Positions 36,992 to 48,435 are shown, numbered from the stretch's first letter. The stretch: 64,000 nt of DNA from a bacterium (GCA_963555815.3 CAUVWX020000001.1:256001-320000); one strand, 5' to 3'. Program-made: numbers and translations. Notes: generated by a model not told the origin, from the letters alone.

Positions 36992-37020
36992 ACGCTATTT
37001 CAAGCAGGATTCCTTGTCAA
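36992..37020 (-). promoter_or_regulatory. Putative sigma70 promoter upstream of trxB
   Basis: TTGACA-17 bp-TAGCGT on the - strand. Confidence 0.45.
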
Positions 37021-37028
37021 CCCTTCTC

Positions 37029-38450
37029 TCAGCCAAGGTTCAGGGCGAGGAGCTTGATTTCGGTCATCTCCTCAATCGCGTATTTCAGGCCCTCTCGGCC
37101 GAAGCCGGAGTCCTTCACCCCACCATAGGGCATGTGGTCGATCCGGTAATTTGGGATATCGTTGACGATGAGCCCACCCACCTGGATGTTTTCGAAGGCG
37201 TGAAAGACACGCTTGAGGTCCTGGGTGAAGATGCCCGCCTGGAGGCCATAGGCGGAGTCGTCCACGGCTCGGGCGGCCTCCTCGAAGGTCCCATAAGGGG
37301 ACACGTTGACGATGGGAGCAAAGGCCTCCAGACAACAGACCTTCATCTCAGGCTTTACGTTTGTGAGGACGGTGGGCTGAAAGAGGTTCCCTTCACGCTT
37401 TCCCCCACAGACCACCTTGGCCCCCTGGGCCGTCGCCTCCTGAATCCAGCTCTCAATGCGCTTAGCGTCCTGCTCGGAGATCATGGGCCCCACGTCCGTG
37501 GATTCATCGAGGGGGTCGCCCACCTTGAGATTGGAGACCTGGTTGAGGAACTGTTCCATGAAGGGCTCGTAGATCTTCTCCTGAACGAAGAGCCGCTGGA
37601 CGGAGATGCAGATCTGGCCCGCGTAGGCGAAACTCCCCACGGCGCAACGCCGGGTGGCCCAGTCGAGGTCGGCGTCGTCATGGACGATGGCCCCGGCGTT
37701 GCCCCCAAGCTCCAGCGTGACCCTCTTTTTCCCCGCCCTGGCCTTGAGGTCCCAACCCACGTCCACGCTCCCGGTAAAAGTCACATAGTGGAAGCGCGGG
37801 TCCAGGACCATGGCCTCGGCCACCCGGGGAGCGCAGGGGATGAGACTGAAACCTCCCTTGGGCCACTCCGTCTCCTGGATGATCTCCGCCAGGATGAGAC
37901 TGCAGAGCGGGTCATAACTGGCCGGCTTCATCACAATAGGGTTTCCGACCGCCAGGGCGGGGGCCACCTTGTGAGCCACCAGGTTGAGGGGAAAGTTGAA
38001 AGGGGAGATCCCAACGACGGGCCCGATGGGGAACCTTCGGGTGATGCCGAGACGGTTCTCGTGGCCCGGTGCCCAGTCGAGGGGGATGAGCTCTCCACCG
38101 ATGCGTTTTGCCTCCTCAGCGGCGATCTTAAAAGTGTTGACGGCCCGCCCTGCCTCGAGCCGGGAGTCGCGGATGGGCTTTCCCGCCTCCAGGGCCATGG
38201 TCCGGGCAATCTCCTCCTTGCGCTCAGCGATCCGCCTGGAGATGTGAATCAGGATGGCCTCCCGCTGGTAGGCCGGAAGCTTTCGGGTTTCTTTGAAGGC
38301 CTCGACTGCCCGCCGTGTGGCCTCCTCCACGTGCTCTGGCTGTCCCCGGTGGACCTTTGCAATGACCTCACCGCTATAAGGGCTGGTGATCTCCATCGTC
38401 TCAGAGGAGGCGACCCATTCTCCCCCAATGTAAAGTTTATATTCCTTCAT
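37029..38450 (-). CDS. Aldehyde dehydrogenase family protein (GapN/lactaldehyde-DH-like)
   Basis: ISPFNFPLNL, FTGS, LELGGN, GQICIS, EAFAP, YGGVKDSGFGREG. Confidence 0.92.
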   Translation of the reverse strand: MKEYKLYIGGEWVASSETMEITSPYSGEVIAKVHRGQPEHVEEATRRAVEAFKETRKLPAYQREAILIHISRRIAERKEEIARTMALEAGKPIRDSRLEAGRAVNTFKIAAEEAKRIGGELIPLDWAPGHENRLGITRRFPIGPVVGISPFNFPLNLVAHKVAPALAVGNPIVMKPASYDPLCSLILAEIIQETEWPKGGFSLIPCAPRVAEAMVLDPRFHYVTFTGSVDVGWDLKARAGKKRVTLELGGNAGAIVHDDADLDWATRRCAVGSFAYAGQICISVQRLFVQEKIYEPFMEQFLNQVSNLKVGDPLDESTDVGPMISEQDAKRIESWIQEATAQGAKVVCGGKREGNLFQPTVLTNVKPEMKVCCLEAFAPIVNVSPYGTFEEAARAVDDSAYGLQAGIFTQDLKRVFHAFENIQVGGLIVNDIPNYRIDHMPYGGVKDSGFGREGLKYAIEEMTEIKLLALNLG

Positions 38451-38524
38451 TGTCCCTCTCCTTATTCAGGCAGCGCACAAGTGGATCAGCCCCACCCTGG
38501 CAGGGCTCGCAGCCCTCATGGCTT

Positions 38525-39352
38525 CTAGAGTCCTCGGTAAGTCTTCTGGAGCAGAAGGGCGTCTTCCTCGAGGTTCGGGCTCTCACAGATGAGAAGACCG
38601 CCTACAGAAAAATCTTTTAGGGTTTTTAGAAGCCCCCGGTAATCCATGTCGGCCTCCTTCAGGACGAGGTGGTGCTTTTCTCCTTTGGGGCCGTAAGCGA
38701 TGCCGGAGAGGTGGATGTGAAGCTGATTCAGCGTCTTTTTGCCCAGATTCTTTTCAACCGCCTCTAGGACCCCGGCGAACTCCCGGTAGGAATTATATTT
38801 CCCGTTGCTCCGGGCGTGCAGGTGAGAAAAGTCCACGCAGGGACCGATCCCCTTCACCTTGGAAAGCCGAAGGACCTCGTCCAGGGAGCCGATCTGACTG
38901 CCTTTTCCCGTCGTCTCAGGGTTCAGGGACACAGAAACCCTTTCCTTTTCGAGCGTTTTGACCATCGCCTGAAGCTGGCTCTTGATCTCTCCGAAGAGTG
39001 TGGACGGCTTAGCGCCCATATAAAAGCCAGGGTGGAAGACCACGCCCCGGGCCCCGAAATGGGCCCCAATTCGCGCGGAATCGAGGATCCGCTTTTGGCT
39101 CGCCTTCCGCTTTTCCGCCTCAAGGGAGTTCAGGTTAATGTAGTAGGGGGCGTGAACGCTGAGGGCAACCCCCGCCTCCCTGGCGACCCGGCCCACCTCA
39201 GCCGCCGTCCCCTCTCCCATCCGAACCCCTCGAACAAACTCCACCTCCATGCACCCCAAGCCCAGCTCTCGGATCCGGCGCACACCCCCGATGCTGGACC
39301 TGTCCTTGGTGCTCAGAGGAGCCCCTGCCGTACCGAAGAGTAGCTTCGCCAT
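38525..39352 (-). CDS. nfo: Endonuclease IV / AP endonuclease 2 TIM-barrel
   Basis: HAPYYINL, VFHPG, PETTGK, DFSHLHAR, HIHLSG, HH, ICESP. Confidence 0.85.
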   Translation of the reverse strand: MAKLLFGTAGAPLSTKDRSSIGGVRRIRELGLGCMEVEFVRGVRMGEGTAAEVGRVAREAGVALSVHAPYYINLNSLEAEKRKASQKRILDSARIGAHFGARGVVFHPGFYMGAKPSTLFGEIKSQLQAMVKTLEKERVSVSLNPETTGKGSQIGSLDEVLRLSKVKGIGPCVDFSHLHARSNGKYNSYREFAGVLEAVEKNLGKKTLNQLHIHLSGIAYGPKGEKHHLVLKEADMDYRGLLKTLKDFSVGGLLICESPNLEEDALLLQKTYRGL

Positions 39353-39450
39353 CTTCCTCTCATCAGAGTGTCTTAAGCGTGCCACAAAGAAATAGATTTC
39401 GCCTCTGGAACCAGAGGGAAAGCCCTCGAATCATCCGGTCCGCATACATC

Positions 39451-40566
39451 TCAAGAGGACCTCCGAAAGACCTCCCGGAAGGTCCCCCAGGCCGTCGGTC
39501 GCCGGTTGCCCGTGACGAGGCGGATCAACTCAATCCCGATCCAGATGGCGTAGAGGACCATCACCTCCTCTCGGGTTGAAGGCCAGAGGAACTGGATGAA
39601 CCAGAGGCCGAAGAGGCCCGCCGCCTCATGGAGGCGAAAACGGAGATCGAGCAGGAAGAGAAACGCCAGGAAGGACTGGGCCATGGTGAAAAGGATCTCA
39701 AACCGCTGAAAGGCGTCAAAAGGGACCCCCTCTATCCTCCCCCGACTCACCGAAAACACGATGGGGATGACGGCGGCCAGCATAGTCCACTCGTTGATGT
39801 TGGAGGACATCATGTTCAGAAGGGCAAGGGGGGCCTTCCCGGGGGATTTGGCCCAGTAAAAGGCGCTCACCTTCTCGGGAAACTCTGAGAGAAAGGGAGC
39901 GACCCACTGGATGAAGACAAATTCCGAAACCCCAATGGCAAAGGCCAGGGCCAGCATACTCTCGACAAAGGGCTCGGCCACCAGAATGAGGCCGACCCCG
40001 CCGAGGAGAAAGAGGCCCACAATCGCCGCGATCCGTTTGCGGCGAGAAAGGGAGATAATGCGGCGGGGGATGGCGGGCAGGTCCCCCGCCTCCTCCTGGG
40101 CTCGCGGGGGGACCTTTCCCAAGATGTAGATATAGGCGCCGTAGAGTCCTATCAGGATGAGGGCGTCCAGGACCGTGAGGCTTCCCTTGAACCAGATGAA
40201 GCCAAAATAGGCCAAGGGGGGGGAAAGGGCCATGACCTCGACGGCCTGTTCCCCCTCCAGCTCGATCTGGCGAAGGATATGCCCCCGGGTCCGAACGAAA
40301 TGGCTTGTGGCGGCAACGGTGAAGATGAGGGGCCAGCCAAGGCCCACCAGAAGGCGGATGGCCCCGGTGAAGTTGGCCGTCATGAGGTGGATGTCCTGGC
40401 GCCAGGCGATAGTCCCCTCGATGACGAACTCAGGGAGCGTCTGAAGCCAGGCGAGGGCAGCAAAGGCCACCCCCCGGGCCACGTAGAACTGAGCCGACTC
40501 CGCCCCCCACGCCACGATGATGGCGGCCAGGATGACGACGGGGAAGGTCCATATGGCGTCCGTCAT
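39451..40566 (-). CDS. CaCA-family (Na+/Ca2+-type) cation antiporter
   Basis: Alpha repeats QTLPEF…ANFTGA and SEFPEK…SSNINEW. Confidence 0.8.
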   Translation of the reverse strand: MTDAIWTFPVVILAAIIVAWGAESAQFYVARGVAFAALAWLQTLPEFVIEGTIAWRQDIHLMTANFTGAIRLLVGLGWPLIFTVAATSHFVRTRGHILRQIELEGEQAVEVMALSPPLAYFGFIWFKGSLTVLDALILIGLYGAYIYILGKVPPRAQEEAGDLPAIPRRIISLSRRKRIAAIVGLFLLGGVGLILVAEPFVESMLALAFAIGVSEFVFIQWVAPFLSEFPEKVSAFYWAKSPGKAPLALLNMMSSNINEWTMLAAVIPIVFSVSRGRIEGVPFDAFQRFEILFTMAQSFLAFLFLLDLRFRLHEAAGLFGLWFIQFLWPSTREEVMVLYAIWIGIELIRLVTGNRRPTAWGTFREVFRRSS

Positions 40567-41255
40567 GGGTCGGACGTCTCCCCGGACGAAGGGGCCACGA
40601 TAACTGTGCATTCGCCCCGCACCTCACCCAACCTCCCGGCGAGCTCTTGAGCCCTTCCCCGGATAAACTCCTCGTGCATTTTGGTGACCTCTCGGGCGAT
40701 GACCACCTCCCGGTTCCCGAGGCACTCAGCGATCTCGGCTATGAACCTCTTCAGGCGCCGCGGCGATTCATAGAAGATGAGCGTGCGCTCCTCTTGAAGC
40801 AGGGCCTCCAGGCGTTTTTTGCGCTTCCCAGGCTTAGAGGGGAGAAACCCTTCGAATGCAAAGCGGTCTGTCGGGAGGCCGCAGGCGGAAAGGGCGGCGA
40901 TAATGGCGGTCGGGCCTGGGATAGGGACCACTGGAACCCCAGCCTCAGCCGCCCTTCGCACGAGATAGTAGCCCGGGTCCGAGACGCCGGGGGTGCCCGC
41001 GTCCGAAACGACGGCGATCGAATCCCCTGCCCTTAGCCTCTCGAGGAGTTGGGGGGTCTTTCGCTCTTTATTGTGGTCGTGATAGCTTTCCAGCCGGGCC
41101 GAGATACCGTGTCGAGAGAGGAGCTTTCGGGTGTGACGAGTGTCCTCGGCCGCGATGAGGGTAACCTCCTTCAGGACCCGAAGGGTCCGAAGGCTGACAT
41201 CCTCCAGGTTCCCAATAGGCGTGGCAACAACGAAGAGGACCCCCTTGTCGACCAT
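40563..41255 (-). CDS. rsmI: 16S rRNA (cytidine1402-2'-O)-methyltransferase
   Basis: VATPIGNLED, AEDTR, VSDAGTPGVSDPG, FYESPRR, REVTKMHEE. Confidence 0.95.
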   Translation of the reverse strand: MVDKGVLFVVATPIGNLEDVSLRTLRVLKEVTLIAAEDTRHTRKLLSRHGISARLESYHDHNKERKTPQLLERLRAGDSIAVVSDAGTPGVSDPGYYLVRRAAEAGVPVVPIPGPTAIIAALSACGLPTDRFAFEGFLPSKPGKRKKRLEALLQEERTLIFYESPRRLKRFIAEIAECLGNREVVIAREVTKMHEEFIRGRAQELAGRLGEVRGECTVIVAPSSGETSDP

Positions 41256-41258
41256 TGA

Positions 41259-42083
41259 CTAAACGCCCCAGTCCCGGGCGTAGCGAAAGTCTAGGTCAAT
41301 GGTTCGGTCGGAGACCTTGGCGATGACGGGCAGGCGGCGCTTGTATTGATTGAGGCGAACCAGGTCAAAGACCCGGTCGATGAAAGCGGTGGAAAAATCG
41401 CGTTGGATGAGATCTTCCCGGGAGCAACGACAGTCCACCATAAAGTAGAGAAGCTCGTCCACTTCGTTGTAGGTAAAGCCCAGCTCGGCCTCATCCTCCT
41501 GACCCGGCCAGAGGTCGGCGCTGGCCGCCTTCTCGACAATCTCTTTGGGGACGCCCGCGTGGTGGGCGAGCTGCCAGACCTGGGTCTTATAGAGATCCCC
41601 GAGAGGGTTCAGGGCATGGGCCATGTCCCCGTAGAGGGTCCCGTAGCCCAGCAGGAGCTCTGACTTGTTGCTGGTCCCAAGGACAAGGGCTTTCTTCACG
41701 GCCGAGAGGTCGTAGAGGATGGTCATGCGCTCCCTGGCCATTTTGTTTCCGCGCCGGTTAGAGTTGGCTTCGGGGAAGAGAGAAAAGTAGGCGTCGATCA
41801 TCTGGGTGATCTCGATCGCCTCGGACTCGATCTTCGTCAACTCGACGACAAGCCCTGCGTGCCGGGCGCTTTCGGGGCTGCTGGCCTTGTAGGGCATGAT
41901 GACGCCCGTCACGTTCTCCGGCCCGAGGGCCTTTGCCGCGAGAAAAGCGCAGAGGCTTGAATCTACCCCTCCGGAGAGGCCGAGGACGACTTGCTCATAT
42001 CCCGTCTTTCGGACCTCGTTTTGGATGAAACCCGTGAGGAGCTTCTCGATGAGGGGCGGATGAACCTGAAGCTCTTTGATCAA
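41259..42083 (-). CDS. nadE: NH3-dependent NAD+ synthetase
   Basis: [43 protein letters not shown]. Confidence 0.95.
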   Translation of the reverse strand: MIKELQVHPPLIEKLLTGFIQNEVRKTGYEQVVLGLSGGVDSSLCAFLAAKALGPENVTGVIMPYKASSPESARHAGLVVELTKIESEAIEITQMIDAYFSLFPEANSNRRGNKMARERMTILYDLSAVKKALVLGTSNKSELLLGYGTLYGDMAHALNPLGDLYKTQVWQLAHHAGVPKEIVEKAASADLWPGQEDEAELGFTYNEVDELLYFMVDCRCSREDLIQRDFSTAFIDRVFDLVRLNQYKRRLPVIAKVSDRTIDLDFRYARDWGV

Positions 42084-42406
42084 CGCAACCTCTCATGCGA
42101 TGGTGACCTTTCGCAATATGCCGTGATATATGCACGCCATGGCCAGAATTTACAAGGTGAAAAAGGGCCCGCCCCTGAGAGCTCAAGGGACCTCTCCGCT
42201 CCCGAAAGCCCAGCCAGGAACCTCGGCGTTCAGGGCAATCTTCTCTAAAGATAGAGCAAAAACCCTCAGGGAAATGTTATAAATCCCGCCGAAGGTCAAG
42301 AGGTTAAGAAGAAGGACTGACAAAGGCCAAAGATTCATATTATTCTATGAAGGACATTTGATTGATTACACCCTTTTCCCATTCCTGACAGGCGGGGAGG
42401 AGGACC

Positions 42407-43951
42407 ATGAAAGGACTCATCGAGGAACTCCGGCAGCGCAGGGCGGCCGCTCGCCTGGGAGGGGGCGAGAAGGCCCTTCAAAAGCAGCAGGCGCGGGGAA
42501 AGATGACGGCCCGCGACCGAATCGACTTCCTGCTGGATGAAGGGACCTTCGTCGAGCTTGACACCTTCGCGACCACCCGGTGCACCGACTTCGGGATGGA
42601 CCAGCGGCGTACTCCGGGAGACGGGGTGGTGACGGGCTCGGGGCGGATCGAGGGAAATCTCGTCTATCTCGCCTCCCAAGATTTCTCGGCCATGGGAGGA
42701 TCACTCGGTGAGATGCACGCCGAGAAGATCTGTCGGGCCATGGACCTTGCCGTAAAGTGTGGATGTCCCTTCCTGCAGATTAATGACTCCGGCGGTGCCA
42801 GGATCCAGGAGGGTATCTCCTCCCTGGCGGGCTACGCCAAGATCTTCCTCAGAAACACCCTCGCCTCAGGCGTCATCCCCCAGATCACCATCGTCCTGGG
42901 ACCCTGCGCCGGGGGCGCGGTCTACTCCCCCGCCATCACAGATTTCATCTTCATGGTCAAGGGGATGAGCCAGATGTTCATAACCGGCCCTGACGTCATC
43001 AAGGCCGTGACGGGAGAAGAGGTGACCTTTGAGGAGCTTGGAGGGGCCGCGGTCCACGGAACCCAGAGCGGGGTTGCCCACTTTGTCTCCCGGACGGAGC
43101 GTGAAAGCCTCTCCCTCGTGAAAAAGCTTCTGAGCTTTCTCCCTTCCAACAACCTGGATGACCCCCCGCAGGCCGAGCCCACCGATTCTCCTCCCCTTGA
43201 GGATGAGGAGCTGGAGCGCATCATCCCCGTCCGTCCGCAAGAACCCTACGATATCCGGGAGGTTTTTTCCCGGGTCTTTGACCACGGGGACCTCCTGGAG
43301 GTCCAGCCCGAATATGCCAAGAACGCCGTCGTCGGCTTTGCCCGGCTGAATGGCCACCCCGTCGGAGTCGTGGGCAACCAGCCCTCGGTCCTGGCCGGGG
43401 TCCTCGACATCAACTCCTCGGACAAGATCGCCCGCTTTGTCCGCTTCTGCGACTGCTTCAACCTCCCTCTGATCACCTTTGTGGACGTCCCGGGCTTCCT
43501 TCCGGGGACCCAGCAGGAGTTCGGGGGGATCATCCGCCACGGGGCCAAGATGCTCTATGCCTACTCAGAGGCGACGGTTCCCAAGATAAGCCTCATCCTG
43601 AGGAAAGCCTACGGAGGGGCCTATATCTCTTTGAGCGCCCGGGACATGGGATTCGACCGGGTCCTGGCCTATCCCACAGCGGAGATCGCCGTCATGGGGC
43701 CGGAGGCGGCGGCCAACATCATCTTCCGCCGCGAGATCGCCGAGGCCGAGGACCCAGAGGCAAAACGTACGGAGAAGCTCGAAGAGTTCAGAGAAAAGTT
43801 CACCAAGCCCTACACGGCAGCGGCGCTGGGCTACGTGGACGCCATCATCGAGCCCCGCGTCACGCGCTTAGAACTCACCCGAGGCCTTGAGATGACCTTG
43901 AAGAAGCGCGAGACCCGGCCCAGGAAGAAACACGGTAACATTCCTCTCTAA
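42407..43951 (+). CDS. mmdA: Methylmalonyl-CoA decarboxylase alpha / acyl-CoA carboxyltransferase
   Basis: DSGGARIQEG, GPCAGGAVYSPA, DVPGFLPG, RKAYGGAY, KKHGNIPL; in operon with the Na+-pump beta subunit. Confidence 0.85.
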   Translation: MKGLIEELRQRRAAARLGGGEKALQKQQARGKMTARDRIDFLLDEGTFVELDTFATTRCTDFGMDQRRTPGDGVVTGSGRIEGNLVYLASQDFSAMGGSLGEMHAEKICRAMDLAVKCGCPFLQINDSGGARIQEGISSLAGYAKIFLRNTLASGVIPQITIVLGPCAGGAVYSPAITDFIFMVKGMSQMFITGPDVIKAVTGEEVTFEELGGAAVHGTQSGVAHFVSRTERESLSLVKKLLSFLPSNNLDDPPQAEPTDSPPLEDEELERIIPVRPQEPYDIREVFSRVFDHGDLLEVQPEYAKNAVVGFARLNGHPVGVVGNQPSVLAGVLDINSSDKIARFVRFCDCFNLPLITFVDVPGFLPGTQQEFGGIIRHGAKMLYAYSEATVPKISLILRKAYGGAYISLSARDMGFDRVLAYPTAEIAVMGPEAAANIIFRREIAEAEDPEAKRTEKLEEFREKFTKPYTAAALGYVDAIIEPRVTRLELTRGLEMTLKKRETRPRKKHGNIPL

Positions 43952-43964
43952 GGAGACTCCAAGG

Positions 43965-44297
43965 ATGCAGATCTGGGGACAGGGAATTTTCCTCACCATA
44001 TTTGGAATGGTGATCATCTTCCTCTGTCTCATCGCGCTCAATCTCATCATCCACGGGCTGGATCGCCTGTTTCGCAAGCCCCCTCCAGGGGAAGCGCCAT
44101 CCTCTCTAAAAACTCCTCCTCAGCAAAAAGCCTCTCCCCCGGCAGAAGACCTCACGCCGGTCGTCTCGGCGGCAGCGGCGGCCTATCTCGAGGCTCAGAC
44201 AGGAGAGGGCTCCCACGTCTCCGTCAGGCGGGAAGTCTCCTCCCGATGGGTGGCGGACGGCCGGCAGGTCGCCATCTCCCGGAGTGATCACCTTTGA
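43965..44297 (+). CDS. OadG/MmdD-family membrane anchor subunit
   Basis: One N-terminal TM, Pro-rich linker, VVSAAAAAYL…SRWVADGR. Confidence 0.8.
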   Translation: MQIWGQGIFLTIFGMVIIFLCLIALNLIIHGLDRLFRKPPPGEAPSSLKTPPQQKASPPAEDLTPVVSAAAAAYLEAQTGEGSHVSVRREVSSRWVADGRQVAISRSDHL

Positions 44298-44698
44298 AGT
44301 TCACCATCACCTGGAACAACGTCACCTACGAGGTGGAGGTAGAGGAGACAGAGAAGCCAGGCCAGCTCCGGGTGAAGGTGGCAGGGGTGGAGCACCTGGT
44401 CGATGTGGTCCAGAAGAAAAATCCGGGGCGACAGCCCCATAAGCCCCAAACGCCGCGTCCCCAACCGACTCCGGCCCCAAGCGCCGGGGGAGTCGTGTCG
44501 GCCCCCCTTCCGGGCGTGGTCCTCTCTTTACCGGTCAAGGTGGGCGACAAGGTCCGCCCGAGCGACATCATCTGCGTCATAGAGGCGATGAAGATGGAGA
44601 CCCAGATCCGGGCGGGGCGAACGGGGACCGTGGCCGAGGTGATGGTCTCGGTGGGTGACAAGGTGGAGACAGGTCAGGCCCTAATCCGCATCGGGTGA
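44294..44698 (+). CDS. Biotin carboxyl carrier subunit
   Basis: EAMKME biotinylation motif; VSAPLPG. Confidence 0.9.
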   Translation: MKFTITWNNVTYEVEVEETEKPGQLRVKVAGVEHLVDVVQKKNPGRQPHKPQTPRPQPTPAPSAGGVVSAPLPGVVLSLPVKVGDKVRPSDIICVIEAMKMETQIRAGRTGTVAEVMVSVGDKVETGQALIRIG

Positions 44699-44702
44699 GG
44701 AA

Positions 44703-45833
44703 ATGTTGTTAGAAGCGTGGATGGACTCCATTCGGCAGTTTGTCAGCCTAACGGGTTTTTTCAATTTCACCTGGGGGCACGGGGCCATGATCGCCATTGG
44801 CGCCGTCCTCATCTTTCTCGCTATCCGAAAGGGCTTTGAGCCCCTCCTCCTCCTCCCCATCGGGGTAGGGGTCATCCTCACCAACCTCCCCCTTGGAGGG
44901 GTGTTCAGCGAGGGGGGCCTGCTCAACTATTTTTATTTCGGCGTCAAGCAAGGAATCTTCCCCCCCCTGATCTTCTTGGGGATAGGGGCCCTGACGGATT
45001 TTGGCCCCCTCCTCTCTAATCCCAAGACCATCCTTCTCGGGGCCGCGGCACAGTTCGCCATCTTCGGGGCCCTTCTCGGCGCCATCGCTCTTGGGTTTGA
45101 TCTGTCCGAAGCAAGCTCGATTGGGATCATCGGCGGAGCCGACGGGCCAACATCCATCTATCTGTCCGCGAAGCTCGCGCCTCACCTCCTTGGCCCTGTG
45201 GCAGTCGCGGCCTATTCCTATATGGCCCTTGTCCCCATTATCCAACCCCCCATCATGCGCCTTCTCACCACCGAGGCAGAACGCAAGATCGTGATGGTCG
45301 AGCCCCGGTCCATCTCGAAGCCGGTCCGCATCCTCTTTCCCATCGTGACGACCATCTTCACGGGGCTCGTCGTCCCGCCCGCCGTCCCCCTCATCGGGAT
45401 GCTGATGTTGGGAAACCTCTTTCGGGAATCGGGTGTGGTCGGGCGGCTCCTGAAAACCGCCGAAAATGAACTCCTGAACCTCGTGACCATCCTCCTCGCT
45501 GTCTCCGTGGGGGCCTCTATGACGGCCAAGGAGTTTTTGAATATGCAGACCCTCTTCATCCTCGTCCTTGGACTCATCGCCTTCTCCCTCGGGACGGCCT
45601 CCGGGGTCCTCTTTGCGAAGGTCATGAACCTCTTCTCCGAACACAAGATCAACCCCCTCATCGGCTCAGCGGGGGTTTCGGCGGTCCCCATGGCCGCCCG
45701 GGTTTCTCAGAAGGTGGGCCAGGAGGCTGACCCCAACAACTTCCTCCTCATGCACGCCATGGGGCCCAATGTGGCGGGGGTCATTGGTTCGGCCCTCGCC
45801 GCCGGGATCCTCATCGCCCTGGTTGGAAGCTAA
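44703..45833 (+). CDS. Na+-translocating decarboxylase beta subunit (OadB/MmdB)
   Basis: [62 protein letters not shown]. Confidence 0.95.
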   Translation: MLLEAWMDSIRQFVSLTGFFNFTWGHGAMIAIGAVLIFLAIRKGFEPLLLLPIGVGVILTNLPLGGVFSEGGLLNYFYFGVKQGIFPPLIFLGIGALTDFGPLLSNPKTILLGAAAQFAIFGALLGAIALGFDLSEASSIGIIGGADGPTSIYLSAKLAPHLLGPVAVAAYSYMALVPIIQPPIMRLLTTEAERKIVMVEPRSISKPVRILFPIVTTIFTGLVVPPAVPLIGMLMLGNLFRESGVVGRLLKTAENELLNLVTILLAVSVGASMTAKEFLNMQTLFILVLGLIAFSLGTASGVLFAKVMNLFSEHKINPLIGSAGVSAVPMAARVSQKVGQEADPNNFLLMHAMGPNVAGVIGSALAAGILIALVGS

Positions 45834-45903
45834 GGAGCCCACGCCGGGACTTTGAAAGAAATTTTTGGGTCCTCAAGCTCACTGAAGAAATAGGGAGGTT
45901 CAC

Positions 45904-46158
45904 ATGAAAAAATACCTGTTGGTCCTGGGATGGATCATTTGGATCAACAGCGGACCATCCTGGCAGCGTCTGGGCTCGTTCGAGTCCGAATCAGAATGCA
46001 GTACGGAGATGACCACCCGCATGGAGAAAATGGCGGGGACCAGGGTGGAAGGGAGCGTCGTGAGTGATCACACGATCAAGTTCCGAGACGCGTCGGGCAA
46101 TTTTCGACTTCTGAATTTTTCTTGTATCTCGGACGACATCGATCCGCGTTACCAATAG
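45904..46158 (+). CDS. Small hypothetical exported protein
   Basis: GGGAGG RBS, hydrophobic N-terminus, two Cys, C-terminal CISDDIDPR. Confidence 0.6.
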   Translation: MKKYLLVLGWIIWINSGPSWQRLGSFESESECSTEMTTRMEKMAGTRVEGSVVSDHTIKFRDASGNFRLLNFSCISDDIDPRYQ

Positions 46159-46274
46159 GAAGAACCTTAGCTGTCATTCTGAAGTGGGTTAAAGGTGGGC
46201 CGCAGCGAAAAGCTAAAAATCCCAAAACGTCCTGCTAGATTCTAAACGTCTTTTCAGTCCTCTCTCTTTTCAAT

Positions 46275-47261
46275 TCAACGCAGGTGGCAGGCGACTTGGC
46301 GGCCGTCAGGGAGGGTTTTTAGAATGGGGATTTCTTTGCGGCAGCGATCCTCGACATAGGGGCAGCGGGTATGGAAAACGCATCCCGAGGGGGGGTGGAT
46401 GGGGCTCGGGATGTCCCCTTTGAGGACGACGCGGTCCCGCCGGCGCGAGGGGTCCGGGACAGGGACGGCCGAAAGGAGGGCTTCTGTATAGGGGTGCTGG
46501 GGGGAACGATAAAGACTCTCGCTATCGGCCACCTCCATGATCTTCCCCAGATACATGACCGCGATCCGATGGCTGATGTGCCGGATCACATTCAGGTCGT
46601 GGGCGATGATGAGATACGTGAGCCCGTATTCTCGCTGAAGATCCTGAAGGAGATTGATCACCTGGGCCTGGATGGAGACGTCGAGGGCGGAGACAGGCTC
46701 ATCCCCGATGATGAGATCCGGCTGAAGGGCGAGGGCACGGGCGATGCCGATCCGCTGCCGTTGCCCTCCGCTGAACTCATGGGGATAGCGCCGCATGTGC
46801 TCGGCCGAGAGGCCGACGCGTTGCAGGATGGCCTCTACCCGGCCGGCCCGATCGGAACGAGAGCCGATCTTGTGGATGATGAGGGGCTCCCCCACGATGC
46901 TCCCCACCGTCATGCGGGGGTTCAAGGAGGCATATGGGTCTTGAAAGATAATCTGCATCTGGCGGCGAAGGGTCCGAAGCTCCTCCTTCTTAAGTTTCAG
47001 GACATCTATCCCCTTGAAGTAGACCTCGCCTGAGGTGGGTTCGATGAGACGAAGGATGGCCCGGCCTGTGGTGGACTTTCCGGAACCGCTCTCCCCCACC
47101 AGCCCCAGGGTCTCGCCCTGGCGGATGTGGAAGCTAATGCCGTCCACCGCCCGGACATAGCCCACCGCCTTCGAAAAGAGCCCCCCCCTCAGGGGGAAAT
47201 ATTTCTTGAGCTCTTTGACCTCTAAGAGGGTCTCATTGGTGTGAGTCGTGGGGGACGCCAA
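46275..47261 (-). CDS. Oligopeptide/dipeptide ABC ATP-binding protein (OppF/DppF)
   Basis: [37 protein letters not shown]. Confidence 0.93.
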   Translation of the reverse strand: MASPTTHTNETLLEVKELKKYFPLRGGLFSKAVGYVRAVDGISFHIRQGETLGLVGESGSGKSTTGRAILRLIEPTSGEVYFKGIDVLKLKKEELRTLRRQMQIIFQDPYASLNPRMTVGSIVGEPLIIHKIGSRSDRAGRVEAILQRVGLSAEHMRRYPHEFSGGQRQRIGIARALALQPDLIIGDEPVSALDVSIQAQVINLLQDLQREYGLTYLIIAHDLNVIRHISHRIAVMYLGKIMEVADSESLYRSPQHPYTEALLSAVPVPDPSRRRDRVVLKGDIPSPIHPPSGCVFHTRCPYVEDRCRKEIPILKTLPDGRQVACHLR

Positions 47262-47266
47262 TATCT

Positions 47267-48286
47267 CTAAGTCCTTCTTGGCAGTGGATCTTCGGGGTCC
47301 TCGAGCCAGCAGCGGGTCGTCTGGCCGTCATGGACAGGAAAGAGTGGGGGCTCCTTCTCTAGACAGCGGTCCTGGGCGTGGGGGCAGCGGGGGGCGAATT
47401 TGCATCCGCTGGGAAGCTCGTAGAGGCCCGGCACGACCCCCGGGATCTCGGAGAGCCGCGTCCCCTTCTGGGTGTCCAGACGAGGGACCGAGTTCAGGAG
47501 ACCCTGGGTATAAGGGTGACGCGGGTCCCGGAAGATGGTCTCTACGTCCCCCTGCTCCACGACGACGCCGGCGTACATCACGGCCACCCGCTGGGCCGTC
47601 TCGGCCACAACGCCAAAGTCATGGGTGATGTAGATGATGGCCGTCCCGAGGTCCTCCTTGAGTTTCATCATCAGATCCAGGATCTGGGCCTGGATGGTGA
47701 CGTCCAGGGCAGTGGTCGGCTCGTCGGCAATGAGGACCTGGGGATTGCAAGAGAGGGCCATGGCGATCATGGCCCGCTGCCGCATTCCCCCCGAGAGCTG
47801 ATGGGGATAGTCCTTGGCCCGCTGGGGGGCGTCGGAGATCCCCACCTTGTCCAGCATCTCGGCGGCCCTGTCAAAGGCGGCCCGCTTCCCAAGCTTCTGG
47901 TGGAGGATGATGGCCTCTGCGATCTGATAGCCCACCGTAAAGACCGGGTTCAAAGCAGTCATGGGCTCCTGGAAGATCATGGAGATGTCGTTTCCCCGGA
48001 CCTTACGAATCTCAGCATTTGAGAGTTTCAGGAGGTCTCGCCCCCGAAACCGGATCTCGCCTCCCACCGTGCGCCCCGGGGGGTCTGGGATCAGCCGCAA
48101 GATGGAAAGGGCCGTCACCGTCTTCCCGCAGCCAGACTCCCCCACCAGGGAGAGGGTCTCACCGGGGCCCAGGGTGAAGCTCACCCCGTCCACCGCCTTG
48201 GCAACGCCCTCGGCCGTGAAGAAATAGGTCTTCAAATCCTGGACGTCCAGGAGAAAACCGTTTCGATTCTGATCAGATGCCGTCAT
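47267..48286 (-). CDS. Oligopeptide/dipeptide ABC ATP-binding protein (OppD/DppD)
   Basis: [41 protein letters not shown]. Confidence 0.93.
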   Translation of the reverse strand: MTASDQNRNGFLLDVQDLKTYFFTAEGVAKAVDGVSFTLGPGETLSLVGESGCGKTVTALSILRLIPDPPGRTVGGEIRFRGRDLLKLSNAEIRKVRGNDISMIFQEPMTALNPVFTVGYQIAEAIILHQKLGKRAAFDRAAEMLDKVGISDAPQRAKDYPHQLSGGMRQRAMIAMALSCNPQVLIADEPTTALDVTIQAQILDLMMKLKEDLGTAIIYITHDFGVVAETAQRVAVMYAGVVVEQGDVETIFRDPRHPYTQGLLNSVPRLDTQKGTRLSEIPGVVPGLYELPSGCKFAPRCPHAQDRCLEKEPPLFPVHDGQTTRCWLEDPEDPLPRRT

Positions 48287-48435
48287 GATAATGAAGGTTT
48301 AGAAAAACTCATTCAAAGGGTTTCATCCCGGCGAAGCCGAACTCGCAACTATGCTAGCACCAGGCACTTAACGGGCACAAGCCCGGCGGGGGTAAACTCC
48401 GCTTCGGCCTTGATGATGTCCAAGCCAAACAATCG

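Noticed and set aside
37014..38528. 504-aa + strand ORF
   Set aside because: Antisense shadow of the ALDH gene.
41253..41261. In-frame TAG junctions (nadE-rsmI, GNAT-GT, tatC-pyrF) as readthrough fusions
   Set aside because: Each downstream gene has its own start codon, and in-frame spacing is expected one time in three.
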